The notes under the pieces are model-generated. The model was not told the DNA's origin. It saw nothing but the letters and a program-made list of their open reading frames with translations, and did not search any database. A stretch of 64,000 nt of DNA from Nemertoderma westbladi. Lineage: Eukaryota > Animalia > Xenacoelomorpha. Position 1 is the first letter of the stretch. The number at the start of each line of letters is the position of its first letter. Of the stretch, positions 1 through 10,154 are shown piece after piece. A program made the position numbers and the translations under genes. The stretch covers positions 53,687 to 117,686 of the forward strand of contig JAUCBJ010008061.1 in NCBI GenBank assembly GCA_032718475.1, written 5' to 3'.

Positions 1-292
1 TGGGACAGTAGAATCAAAGTAAATGGATAAATAAATAAAATAGGGCTGAAAATTGTAAAATAGTGGCAACACAAGGGAAGTTATTCTAGAACATAATAAA
101 AGTAACGGACAGAAATTGTAAATTACGCTCATTTACTAGCTTCAAAATTAATTAGGAATAATTTAGGTTAAAAGGCGCAGTTAAGTAGAAATAGGCCATT
201 ATCGAACTGTACAGAACATCCTAGATACATCACTCATCTGTATTGCGCCTTGGTAAGGCACCACCTTGCAGGTGAGCGAGTGAACGTTCGGA

Positions 293-1561
293 ATGGCGAG
301 TAAGTTGATCAGAAAGAGAAATGCGGAGTCAGGAGGAAAGGAGATACTGGTGGATTTCACCGAGAGGCATCCGGAAGAGAAGACGAGAGGATACTACAAG
401 AGGTTGGAAAGGGGTCACGCGGTACGAGCGCTGCAGGATCACTTCCGGGAGGCGCACGAACAGCGGCTGGTCGGGACCTACGGGACCCCGTCGCTGGACA
501 ACGCGATCTTCCAACACTTCCACTACGTGGTGAAAGGGGACGAGGCGAAGTTCGGGATTCCGAAATACCCGAGGGAATCACCGAGGAAGGACTGGAAGAG
601 ATTCATAGAGTCCATCAACAGAGGAGGATATATGATCCTAGATGACGAGGGAACCGTGGAAGACGAGGCGGGTTCGAGACGAGGAACGGCAGGGTCGGCC
701 AGGACCATACTCCTACATTTGGCCGCGCCAAATGGGGACATCTTCTTATTCGACCTAGGGACGTATGGGAAGAAGGACGGGCCGAAATTAGACCGATTAC
801 CGAAAGCGGTACAAGTCTTAGTAAGAGAAAAGTCGACGACGAAAGTGGGATTGGCGATTCGCGAGGACGCGGAGAGGATCATCGGTCCGGACGCCACCAA
901 CCTCCTGGATATGCAGAAAGTCTTTATGGCTATGACGGCACCGGATGGATTGGGGGTAGTCGGAAACACAGGCCAATGCGGGGCGGTGGCGATGGGCCAA
1001 TTATTGGGGCTCGTATGCCACAAACCGATGGACTGGGGGAAGTTTAGGGAAGAATACGGAGCAGAACTAGCGAACTCGCTAAAGTGGGGAGCGAGACCGG
1101 GAAAGCAGGAGGTATATCAGTTCCGCAGGGGAGCGATAAAGGTATATCAGAAGCGATATATCCTGCAGGAGGACTGGATGATGATAAGTTTGCTTAACTT
1201 ATTCATGACCGTGATTATCGAGAGGGAACCAGGGGCATTTCTGTTATCGGGATCACCCCTAAGATACAGGAGAGCCTTTAAAGTGGCCTTTGACGGTCTG
1301 GTAGACCACCCGGGGCTGAAGGGCGAGTCGGTGTATTACAACAGCCGACATCTGGTAGACGGGGAGACAGACACACCATATCAGAGATGGGAGCAGCTAG
1401 AGACGGATAGACGAGAAGCAAAGCGACTGGAAGAAGTCGCTAGACGGGAGAGGATAGAAGCAGAAGAGAGGGAAGAGGAGGCCAGGACACAGAGTTACGG
1501 CTTCGAGGAACAGGCGGGCCTAGATGAACTTCATTGGACTTCGTCAGGGAGTTCGGGGTAG
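293..1561 (+). CDS. DEDDy-type (WRN/RNase D/EXD-like) 3'-5' exonuclease domain protein, accessory ORF of the LTR element
   Basis: ExoI-like MILDDEG; LLHLAAPNGDIFLFDL; ExoII-like LPKAVQVLVREKSTTKVGLAIREDAERI; LLDMQKVF; ExoIII-like YQKRYILQED; then a charged coiled-coil-like tail. Confidence 0.7.
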   Translation: MASKLIRKRNAESGGKEILVDFTERHPEEKTRGYYKRLERGHAVRALQDHFREAHEQRLVGTYGTPSLDNAIFQHFHYVVKGDEAKFGIPKYPRESPRKDWKRFIESINRGGYMILDDEGTVEDEAGSRRGTAGSARTILLHLAAPNGDIFLFDLGTYGKKDGPKLDRLPKAVQVLVREKSTTKVGLAIREDAERIIGPDATNLLDMQKVFMAMTAPDGLGVVGNTGQCGAVAMGQLLGLVCHKPMDWGKFREEYGAELANSLKWGARPGKQEVYQFRRGAIKVYQKRYILQEDWMMISLLNLFMTVIIEREPGAFLLSGSPLRYRRAFKVAFDGLVDHPGLKGESVYYNSRHLVDGETDTPYQRWEQLETDRREAKRLEEVARRERIEAEEREEEARTQSYGFEEQAGLDELHWTSSGSSG

Positions 1562-1720
1562 TCTCTAGGGCAAGAATTGGGATGGACAGTGGGATCGCCG
1601 AAACAGTCGACGTCGGGGTTGCGAACGATGCCCATACCAGCGGGCGCCGAGGGCGACCAACCGCCAAGGAAGTTAAGGGAGCTAGAGTGATGGAGAGCTA
1701 CGGGCGAGAGCCAAGGCGGG

Positions 1721-2608
1721 ATGGGACATAGTGGATCCATCGGGATACCGGGATTGGAGACACTACCAGAAGAGGAGGACGACGACGACGAGTTCGGAGA
1801 GATGCCGCCCATCGAGAGGATAGGCCACTCGGACACGGACTGGGTTGGCGGAAGGGTGGTGACGGCCAGTGGGGCGAGGGCCTTCTGGAACAGATCCGGC
1901 AAGCGGACCTAGGTGCACGAGGAGCCGGCGATTGATTTCGCGGGGAGCACCATCAGGTTGGGCGAGCAACCGGGGACGGCACCACGGATAGTATTCGGGG
2001 AGACGATGCCCGAGAGGGGCGGAGAGATCGACGTAAACAGGGAGACCAACGTAGAGAAGTTCGCCTACCAGCGACTCCACAGACCGCGGAGATCGCTTGG
2101 GACGAAAGACGAGGTGGGACGGGAGACATTGGTACTCGGCTGCGACTACTGTGGGAGACAGACCCATCGGGAAAGTAGCTGTCTATGCCGGTTCCAACAG
2201 GGAACCTTTTGTCTCTACTGCAGAGAACCAAGCCACAGGATGGGGGCGTGTCCACGGTTGCATAACCGATGTCCAAAGTGCCACTTTCGGGGACACTACG
2301 GACGCGAGTGCGACTGGATGAACGACGAGGAGAAGTTCACAAGATTCGAGGAGTGGGCCGACGTCGGGGCCATGACGCGCCAGCGCATGAAGGCCCAGGA
2401 GTTCAAGTGGGGTTTCTTCCTTATCAATCAGGAGACTCACATGGAAATCATAAAGCGGAGGCTACCGTTTACCTACCAAGAGGTAGCAACGGCGGCGTCG
2501 TACGCTGGAGTGATGAACACGCAAAGGTATCTGGACAGGTGGACGCCAGAGAACCGAAGGGAGTTTAGGGATTTCTTGGCGGAGCACGTACCAAAGGCAA
2601 TAAAATGA
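1721..2608 (+). pseudogene. Triple CCHC zinc-knuckle protein, probably the disrupted C-terminal continuation of the exonuclease ORF
   Basis: CDYCGRQTHRESSC, CLYCREPSHRMGAC and CPKCHFRGHYGREC are all CX2CX4HX4C. ORFs 1721-1912 and 1913-2608 are in frame across one TAG; ORF 1534-1731 bridges to the upstream ORF in another frame. Confidence 0.65.
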
Positions 2609-3020
2609 TCCTATGGGACGCCACTAGAGGGAGACAACCGGTTGAGGTTGAGGGACGGAATAATAGTGCGGAGTGCGGAGAGAGTGCGGACGCGATTCTA
2701 GTGTGGGGGGGGGGGGAGAATAAGAGGCTGAGTAAGGGACGAGGAGGTCCGAGTGTGAGAGAGTTAGGGTGAGAGTGAAGAAGAGATAGGGCGGAAGTGT
2801 TGGGGAAACAAAAGTTGCGTGGGAGGTGAGCGCGATCGGCCTGACATGAGACGCCAGGCACACAGGGTAGCGTTATCATACCCATAGGGGGCGGCCTGGA
2901 AAGCCGACTCCGAGAGAAAAGAATTCCACCCCACACTCGATACTAGATCGGGATCCAGCGGGATTGTAGCGCACTTTTGGTTGATGCTATCTTCTTACCG
3001 GGAAGATAGCATGGGGGGAG

Positions 3021-3568
3021 TGTTAGCTTATTCAATCCCGCTAACACCCCATAAAGTTATAAGCCGATAAGCAATATTGGGAGCCACGAGATTGGGTAAT
3101 TAACCAACTCATGCCATCCCAATAAGAATGGGAAGGAAGCACACAATAGAGGGTCAGGGGCCAAACCCCTAACCCAGAGAGAACAGGAGGAGTGAACGGG
3201 AACACTCCAAAGGCCGCCAACAAGGGTATCAACCAATCAGAGGGGGGAAAGGCATCGATTAGGTAGAGTAACAAGGCCAACCGTGCAATATAGCCACTTG
3301 GCAGTAATATTACCAGTTCAGTTATCTCAGTGCAATACCGGTGCTAGTTAGGTTATTACATAGTTTTAGATAGGGAAGGACCGGGACTTTAGTTACCGTA
3401 TCCCGCCTTCCGTATACGACAATATTATCTCATACTATATCTATATCTATATTCACATGTTATATTATATACGACAAACAACATCAGAACTCGTTTCACT
3501 CTTTATACACGGCGGGGACGCGTGAACTAAAACCGGATAAACCGGGATCCCTCTTGGATCCCGTCACA
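3021..3568 (+). repeat. 3' long terminal repeat (548 bp)
   Basis: Starts TGTTAG right after the PPT and ends GTCACA. Contains a CCAAT box (~3233) and an initiator-like TCAGTT (~3318). Confidence 0.75.
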
Positions 3569-3658
3569 TACCGGGTAAATTGTTTCATAATGCTTTGCTT
3601 TAAATTCAGTCTGTATTGGCTGTGTAGAAAATAAATCTAATTCCTTAATAATTGACAT
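3569..3658 (-). pseudogene. N-terminal 30 codons of the Polinton major capsid protein (PY/hexon-like), cut by the LTR insertion
   Basis: Manual translation MSIIKELDLFSTQPIQTEFKAKHYETIYPV matches the conserved ELDLFS-PP-QT...Y-P start of Polinton major capsid proteins. Not in the ORF track. Confidence 0.8.
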
Positions 3659-3811
3659 TATTAAAAAATACTTTTTTCGCAGTGTTTCAGTTTGCCTTTA
3701 ATTTTTCTATTTTTACTACGACGATGATGTATGTTCATAGACATTGGTCTAGTCGGTCGCTTTAAATCTCTATAAACTTTTTCTACAACCGATCTTGTTG
3801 ATGGTTTCATT

Positions 3812-4186
3812 TTATTTAACCCGCTTACCTTTTGGTATCACATGTTGTCTCATAAATTTTGCGGTAAATGGTAAAGCTTTTTGTAAAACTTTTTTTGCTA
3901 ATGGCTTCCCAAATTTTTTCAATGTAGATAAAGCGTCTGTAAATATACCTTCCCCGTGTTGATTTGTTCGCATCATACCTCTACGATAACATTGAAATCG
4001 ACGTTGTTTTAAATTTGGACCAAATGTACCAATTTGTTGACTGTAAGGGTCAATATATGAACCACCTCGAAAAACAGAAACTTGCGTCGAACCTCTCGTA
4101 CTTCTACCACCTTTAAAAACAGCAAGATTAGAGTCTGCACCACCATATTGAGGTTTACTGTATCTTTGAAATAAATCGGAATCCAT
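3812..4186 (-). CDS. Basic Polinton virion/core protein with a Q-x-G-x-G amphipathic helix motif
   Basis: QHGEGIFTDALSTLKKFGKPLAKKVLQKALP; usual position just upstream of the capsid gene; several xGG putative protease sites (QYGG, FKGG, FRGG). Confidence 0.65.
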   Translation of the reverse strand: MDSDLFQRYSKPQYGGADSNLAVFKGGRSTRGSTQVSVFRGGSYIDPYSQQIGTFGPNLKQRRFQCYRRGMMRTNQHGEGIFTDALSTLKKFGKPLAKKVLQKALPFTAKFMRQHVIPKGKRVK

Positions 4187-4187
4187 T

Positions 4188-5041
4188 TTAATTTATTTTT
4201 TTAAAGTGTAAGGTAATAGAAGTTGTGCCGTATTCAAAATTCAAATCTTTTCATTCTTTGTCTGTTATTTCAATATGAATGTATGTTATCTTATATGATT
4301 TTTTACAGGGATATAATGAATTGTATCCTTGGCAAATTCTTTATTTATTACACTACCATATTTCACGTCATCAGGTATCGCCACGCGACGAAGTAAAGCT
4401 AAACCAAAATCATTAATATATTCATTTTCAATTATATTAGTAGTCACATACATGTTCAACTTAGGTTCTGGAATAGAATTGGGTGGTTGAGGGCATAAAA
4501 ATACCATCTGGTAAGCTTTTTCTTCATTTCCGATAATTTTTATTAAATAACCCTTTATATTATTTTTCGTCTTCAAAATAATTTTAAAATTTGGATTTAA
4601 ATTCGCACCGAGATTATTTTCAGTAATTCCAAAATAATAGGCTAATTGTTGACCTATAAATAACTTTCGTACAGTTTTCCCTAAAATAAATTGCAACCTA
4701 TTTTGCTGAGTATTTTCAACTATTTGTAATTTATCTTTCAATGCCCCAGTGTTAAAATAATCTATAATGTCATTGATACTGTAGAACAAGCCGGATGGAA
4801 GTGTATCCTCAAAATTTTTTTTCCCTTTTTTTAATAAAATAACATTCTCTACATTGTTATACATGGATGGTAACGTGGCTAAGTAAAATATACTTTTTAT
4901 ACCTACCACCCAGTTTTCGTTTGGGTTTATAGGTAAGGCACCATGGAAATTGATCTGATAATTACTACCAGTATTACGGGGAAAATCAATTGGACACGAG
5001 TTACTTGGTAGCCTAACATAGAACTCATCCATCACCATCAC
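4188..5041 (-). pseudogene. Penton-like minor capsid protein, copy 2, with a disrupted C-terminus
   Basis: FYVRLPSNSCPIDFPRNTGSNY...WVVGIKSIFY and MYVTTNII...LLRRV...HYIPV. The expected tail (ITYIHIEITDKE*KDLNFEYGTTSITLHFKK) continues in another frame with a stop. Confidence 0.75.
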
Positions 5042-5894
5042 GTATTAACTTAAGTGTTATAACAGTGCGACCACCGTTGAAATTAATTAATTCACCTTGA
5101 CCGTCACGTAAAGTAATTAAGATTGTTTTTAGTTTTTTATTCAACAACGGGTAATAGCAAATGCTCTCGTATTCGTGATTAATATATTTTCGATTTAATT
5201 GTGTTAAAGGACAGGTTCTTAAGAGCGGAGCTAAAGCATCACCAACAAATGAGCTCTTAATAATATCTGTATATATGAAGATTGTATCTTTATTACGAGT
5301 AATATTTGTGGGATTTGGAAAATCTAAAATCCCAATTTCCGAAATTTTTGGTCCACTATAATTTAAAATTAATATCGGCTGTTCTATATTGCTTAATTCA
5401 TCCACTGTAGTGGTACTGTATATATCCCAATTCGGAATACCTGGATGATTCTGATCCAATAACTGTTTTAAGCCTAGAATTTGTATTAAATCACCACGTA
5501 GACTTAATTGTATTTTTTTCAACTTTTTAGGAAATTTAAATTTAATTCTAGAATTATTTGTATTAAAAATGAATTCGAAATCTCTATATTTCGCTTCAGA
5601 ATTAAACAGTTTATTTATATCATCAATAATGACTTGAATAGAGCTATGCATACCAGGAAATAAACTGTATAATTTGGCATCTTTTGCATCTACCCCGATT
5701 GACAGCGAGATTTGAGTTTGCAGAGTAATATTACTGTACGTTGCTTGGTATTGAATCTCGGCGAGTCCAATTTTAGCGTTTGAACCAATATATAATTCTT
5801 CAGCTAAATCAACAGTAAACTCGCTAGGGTTATTATTGGGGTATGTGTTTAATGAGCTATCTGAAACTAGAGTGATATATGTATCTACAGCCAT
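5025..5894 (-). CDS. Penton-like minor capsid protein, copy 1
   Basis: YITLVSDSSLNTYPNNNPSEFTVDL...IGLAEIQY and IFIYTDIIKSSFVGDALAPLLR...YYPL...LRDGQGELINFNGG, typical of Polinton penton. Confidence 0.85.
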   Translation of the reverse strand: MAVDTYITLVSDSSLNTYPNNNPSEFTVDLAEELYIGSNAKIGLAEIQYQATYSNITLQTQISLSIGVDAKDAKLYSLFPGMHSSIQVIIDDINKLFNSEAKYRDFEFIFNTNNSRIKFKFPKKLKKIQLSLRGDLIQILGLKQLLDQNHPGIPNWDIYSTTTVDELSNIEQPILILNYSGPKISEIGILDFPNPTNITRNKDTIFIYTDIIKSSFVGDALAPLLRTCPLTQLNRKYINHEYESICYYPLLNKKLKTILITLRDGQGELINFNGGRTVITLKLIRDGDG

Positions 5895-5907
5895 TATTAT
5901 TATTATT

Positions 5908-6330
5908 TAAGCTCTCTCTGCTTGACTCCTTTGTACATACAGTATGGTACAATGTTAAACTATAGACATCTGTGACCACGTTCATTGTTTCTACAGTATA
6001 TGCGAGAGATCAATATTTAAAGCGAATGAACTATAGATATTAGACTTACAACATAGTAATATCATTCGAGTTAATATTGATTAATTACGATCATATGTGA
6101 CCATTATTCGCTTAAGCTCTCTCTACTTGACTCCTTTGTACATACAGTACGGTATAATGTTAAATTATTAGACATCTGTGACCACGTTCGTTGCCGCTTC
6201 TACAGTATATGCGAGGGATCAATATTTTACTGGCTTTATTTAAAGCGAATGAACTATAGATATTAGACTTACAGTATAGTATAGTAATATCATTCGAGTT
6301 AATATTGATTAATTACAGTCATATGTGACT
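5908..6330. repeat. Two-copy direct repeat (~205 bp) between the integrase and penton genes
   Basis: taagctctctct(g/a)cttgactcctttgtacatacag...catatgtgac occurs at ~5908 and ~6113. Confidence 0.85.
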
Positions 6331-6362
6331 AAAATGAATTAATATACAGTATAAACCTAAAC

Positions 6363-7451
6363 TTATTGAATATGCTGTACCCACGATTGTTTCTTGGATC
6401 CAATGAATCGGACTAAATATTCTTTTTTCCCATTGCGCACACGTTCTTTAAGTTTGCCAATATTTTTGTCAATCGGAAGATAAATATTACTATTCGGGTG
6501 GACCTTTTGGAGTTCGTATGAATAAAATAGCCCATTTATTATAGCACCTGCGCTGTCCTTAATATCGAACATTACCGCTGGTACTCTATCCAATCTAACC
6601 CGATGAATAATAAATAATTCACGTGTCCATTGTTCTCGATAGCCTTTAGCAAAAGCAGTATGCGCGATAGATAATTGTACTGTATCTCCAACTTTAAATT
6701 TTATTTTCTTGTGATTAATCTGTCTATATTTCCCATATAATCTATTCATTAATTCAGTTTCATTAAATTTATTAACTTCAATGGGCGTCATTTGTATTGT
6801 CCTATGATATGACCTATTATAAGCCAAGATAAGCTTCGGTAAAATTTTTATCCAAACATTATTTCCCCGTTGCGTGAAAATTCTGAACATCTTTGTTTTT
6901 AATGTTCTATTGAATCTCTCGACAATAGCCGCCTTATTCACAGAGTACATTACGTAATACTGTATACCAATAGTATCTAAATATTTCCTTACAGATTTAT
7001 TTAGAAACTCAGAACCTTGATCAGTCGCGATTCTGTTTTGTTTACCTTTCTGGAATATTTTTTGCAATATACTAATAATTTCAATACCTGTTTTTGTCTT
7101 CATACCATAGGCAAAAGCAAGCCGGCTAAAGGCATCAATACATGTTAATATATAGTTATAATTATTATTTTGTGATTTATATTGCTGCATATCCACCAGA
7201 TCTATCATATATATATCTTTTAACCCTCCCGTAAATATTTTAGATGTTGGATAACGATGTCTACGTGGTGCGTTAAGGGAGTATGTCTTTTGCCCACTCA
7301 ACCATTTCTGAGCTTGAGCTAGTTTGATGTTTGCGGCTTTTGCTAATTTTGCGATACTTGCAAAACCCGCAGGGGATGAAGGATCTAAATAAATTCTTAA
7401 CAGTTTTTTGTCTAAGCTTCGGCTTAAAATCGGGCTCATCTTGCGTGGCAT
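6363..7451 (-). CDS. Polinton retroviral-like (rve) DDE integrase with a chromodomain-like C-terminus
   Basis: YLDPSSPAGFAS; IDLVDM; ILTCIDAFSR; TDQGSEF; AAIVERFNRTLK; YNRSYHRTIQMTP; FKVGDTV; FAKGY...WTRELF; KEYLVRFIG. Confidence 0.95.
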   Translation of the reverse strand: MPRKMSPILSRSLDKKLLRIYLDPSSPAGFASIAKLAKAANIKLAQAQKWLSGQKTYSLNAPRRHRYPTSKIFTGGLKDIYMIDLVDMQQYKSQNNNYNYILTCIDAFSRLAFAYGMKTKTGIEIISILQKIFQKGKQNRIATDQGSEFLNKSVRKYLDTIGIQYYVMYSVNKAAIVERFNRTLKTKMFRIFTQRGNNVWIKILPKLILAYNRSYHRTIQMTPIEVNKFNETELMNRLYGKYRQINHKKIKFKVGDTVQLSIAHTAFAKGYREQWTRELFIIHRVRLDRVPAVMFDIKDSAGAIINGLFYSYELQKVHPNSNIYLPIDKNIGKLKERVRNGKKEYLVRFIGSKKQSWVQHIQ

Positions 7452-7502
7452 CTTTTCGACAACCGCAAGTAATATGTATATTCAAATCTCTTATAAAGGG
7501 CA

Positions 7503-7670
7503 TCACCGTAAAAACAGCTGAAATTTTTTTATTTTCTTTGAAGTTGATGTTTTGAAGGGTTTTCTTTTTGTAGTATTTACTCTAGGTATATCTTGAGGTT
7601 TTAAATCAGTAGCTAACAGTTTACTCGATACTAAATATAATTTTCTAAATGTTACACCCGTTTTAACCAT
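7503..7670 (-). CDS. Small basic 55-aa ORF between the pX-like gene and the integrase
   Basis: Manual translation MVKTGVTFRKLYLVSSKLL...KKIKKFQLFLR*; ATG directly follows the TAA TAA that ends the upstream gene. Confidence 0.4.
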   Translation of the reverse strand: MVKTGVTFRKLYLVSSKLLATDLKPQDIPRVNTTKRKPFKTSTSKKIKKFQLFLR

Positions 7671-7672
7671 TA

Positions 7673-8056
7673 TTACCGTCCGCGGTTAATTTTTTTCGCA
7701 ATAGCCGCTCCAGCGGCGGCGGCACCAGCACTCGCGGCGAGTTTCGCACCAATGCTGAGTAAGGGTATTAGAAACGGTAGTATGCCTCCAGATTGATTGC
7801 TTAACTTTTTTCTGTAACTTGATATATTTTTTGTTTTGCGGTTGAGTGATTTCAATAACTTTTTATAGCGGCGAATATTTCTAAATGAATGAGGGGTCAA
7901 TTTTACGTTACCTTTTAGAATATTTAATGCAGTATTTACAATGAACCGTATTAATTCGTTACTCGCGGTATGGTTAATAAAATAAGTTCTTTGTTGAGGG
8001 GTAGCGCTGCGTAGAAATTCCAGTTCGTTATGATATTTCTGCACAAGTCTATTCAT
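7673..8056 (-). CDS. Polinton basic core protein resembling the adenovirus pX/Mu precursor
   Basis: ALNILKGNVKLT, Lys/Arg-rich centre, then QSGG|ILPFLIPLLSIG, like the adenoviral pX tail GG|ILPLLIPLIA after a protease site. Confidence 0.75.
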   Translation of the reverse strand: MNRLVQKYHNELEFLRSATPQQRTYFINHTASNELIRFIVNTALNILKGNVKLTPHSFRNIRRYKKLLKSLNRKTKNISSYRKKLSNQSGGILPFLIPLLSIGAKLAASAGAAAAGAAIAKKINRGR

Positions 8057-8089
8057 TCTTGCAACATTATTGAAAATTGTTACAAAATA

Positions 8090-8773
8090 TTAATTATTAT
8101 TATTATTATTATTATTATTTTCGCTACGTTTATAGTCAATGTAATTTTTAATGTAACAATTATGATTACGAAATATATCCGATCTAAATCTTAAATGTTC
8201 GGGTGTTTCCTGTCGTAAATCAATTAAGAAATGTGAAAATGGTTCAATAGTCGCATCTTGATAGGAATCTACTAAAAATTTGGTCTGCCCTGGTAACATC
8301 TGCTTCGCGAAATTTAAAACCGATAAACTGTCTCGCGGATTTTTCATTAATACTAAGGTATGGCTATTAATTGATCTTGTGCGGTTATGCTTCCCACCGT
8401 AAAACATGTTTTGCGTTATAAAACAAATAAATATATTGGAATGATGAGCTACCTTAGTAAACAATACAGTTAAAGCTGTACTGGACTCAGTTTCTGTTAA
8501 TAAATCATCTATAATTAATAAATCTCGACTATTCACTAAACTATCTATATTTTCAGGCAAACCTTTGTAAAGGTGTGTAATACCAGGAATAGTCGGGGGA
8601 TTGCTCCCGTAACAATACAATACTCGCAAGGGGGGTTCGTTGAAACAACCATTCTTGTGTTTAATTAAATTGCTGACAAATGTAGACTTTCCGGAACCAG
8701 ACGGGCCAGAAATTATCATACTCGTTCCCATTTGAAAGTTTAAATTATATGGACCTGAATTAAAGTCAGCCAT
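8090..8773 (-). CDS. FtsK/A32-family genome-packaging ATPase
   Basis: Walker A GPSGSGKST; Walker B LLIIDD; HHSNIFICFITQN; VLMKNPRD; LIDL...LRFR. Confidence 0.92.
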   Translation of the reverse strand: MADFNSGPYNLNFQMGTSMIISGPSGSGKSTFVSNLIKHKNGCFNEPPLRVLYCYGSNPPTIPGITHLYKGLPENIDSLVNSRDLLIIDDLLTETESSTALTVLFTKVAHHSNIFICFITQNMFYGGKHNRTRSINSHTLVLMKNPRDSLSVLNFAKQMLPGQTKFLVDSYQDATIEPFSHFLIDLRQETPEHLRFRSDIFRNHNCYIKNYIDYKRSENNNNNNNNN

Positions 8774-8959
8774 TTATTATTATTATTAAGATATATCAAC
8801 AATACAATATAATATAATATAATATAAATATCAATAAACCATCACCATTACTATGTATATATGTAACAATTCACAAAAAACAGCATTTTACAACAAAAAG
8901 TATGTACAACTGTAGTATTAGTATATTTATCATGGTAATCTTTCGTTCTATTTATTACC

Positions 8960-9661
8960 TTATTTGAAAAGATTGTGTAATCGTATACCTGCAATCAACA
9001 GACATTGTTTTCGATTTAAATAATGTCCATACCAAGTGAGATAGCGGTGACATCGTATAAATTCGTTATACTTCTTAGTTTGACATTTACGTTCTATACC
9101 ACGTCCGTAGCATTTAGTACTGGAAATATGACTTAGAGTATGCTCAGTCAAAGTGCGAATTACTCTCATACACAAATCATTGCAAAGAATACCTTCATCA
9201 AGTTTCAAATAATACTTTTTTGGTTTTATACCTCTTGAAGATGATTCATCTTTATATGTCTTAAAGTAAATATCAAAACTACGTAAATTCTTATTTAATT
9301 TTACTGTGATATTTTTATGTTCTTCATCAAACAACCAAGGTACCATAAAGCCGCCTTTTTTCACTATATATCGATAAAAAATATTCTGTGATATTGTAAA
9401 TAACTCGTTAGGTTCGTTACTTTTTCCTGAAATGTAAATAGAATTCCGCAGCTCTTTCCAATAATATGGATTATATAACTTGTTTACTCTGCAAAGTGTC
9501 TGTACTCTACAAATTGGACAAATTTTAGTACAATCATTAATTTCAACATGTTGATCAATACATGTCACGCAAGTTCCATGTTTATTAACACATATGTAAC
9601 AATCAAGATGTTTTAAATTAGAATAACAAATACTACAATTTGTGTTTATTAATATATCCAT
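8960..9661 (-). CDS. RING-finger (C3HC4-type) protein, putative viral E3 ligase
   Basis: CSIC...CVNKHGTCVTC...CPICR at the N-terminus; intronless and co-oriented with the Polinton genes. Confidence 0.7.
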   Translation of the reverse strand: MDILINTNCSICYSNLKHLDCYICVNKHGTCVTCIDQHVEINDCTKICPICRVQTLCRVNKLYNPYYWKELRNSIYISGKSNEPNELFTISQNIFYRYIVKKGGFMVPWLFDEEHKNITVKLNKNLRSFDIYFKTYKDESSSRGIKPKKYYLKLDEGILCNDLCMRVIRTLTEHTLSHISSTKCYGRGIERKCQTKKYNEFIRCHRYLTWYGHYLNRKQCLLIAGIRLHNLFK

Positions 9662-9728
9662 TTTTCTTAAATAACCAAACCAAAATCGTTAAAATGTTGA
9701 TAAAATATTTATAATATAGCTGAAAGAG

Positions 9729-10154
9729 TCAAGAATCATCTTCATTGTCATCGGTTTCATCAGTGGTTACAAGGGTTTCTTTCGAAATAATAACAATAAA
9801 CAAAGCCATACTTTCATAAGCATTTTTACGATCTAATTTGATCTCAAACTTTTCACATTTATTGCTCGCTATATTACCACTATATTGAGTAATAACAATA
9901 AAGTTATCTGACATTGATAAAATTGTGAATTTATCTAAATCATCTTCTTCTTTGTAATCTAAAAGGTAATTAGTAGAATCTACCTCACCGAAAATATCAA
10001 TAGATTGTAGTTCTTTTCTTGCTTGTTCAGAAATGTCTATTTTAAAATTAGGTTGTGAAGGACAATAAATAGTGTTACCAATAACAATACAAGTAAGATT
10101 ATCTACAGTATTAAATGTATGTCTTATTACAGGCGCAGGTGTATCAGAAGACAT
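9729..10154 (-). CDS. Acidic hypothetical Polinton protein (probable start MSSDTP)
   Basis: Open ORF; ATG preceded by a (TAA)n run like other genes of the element; no recognisable domain. Confidence 0.5.
   Translation of the reverse strand: MSSDTPAPVIRHTFNTVDNLTCIVIGNTIYCPSQPNFKIDISEQARKELQSIDIFGEVDSTNYLLDYKEEDDLDKFTILSMSDNFIVITQYSGNIASNKCEKFEIKLDRKNAYESMALFIVIISKETLVTTDETDDNEDDS

Larger units (their letters stand above)
1..3568 (+). mobile_element. 3' part of an LTR retrotransposon (probably Gypsy-like) carrying an accessory exonuclease/zinc-knuckle ORF; gag/pol lie outside the window
   Basis: GC- and purine-rich block distinct from its neighbours. A polypurine tract (ggaagatagcatggggggag, 3001-3020) directly precedes a TG...CA-bounded segment that ends exactly where an interrupted Polinton capsid ORF begins. 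Confidence 0.75.

Noticed and set aside
1913-2608. Calling the zinc-knuckle ORF gag
   Set aside because: It lies just upstream of the PPT and 3' LTR, not after a 5' LTR/PBS, and no capsid domain is visible.
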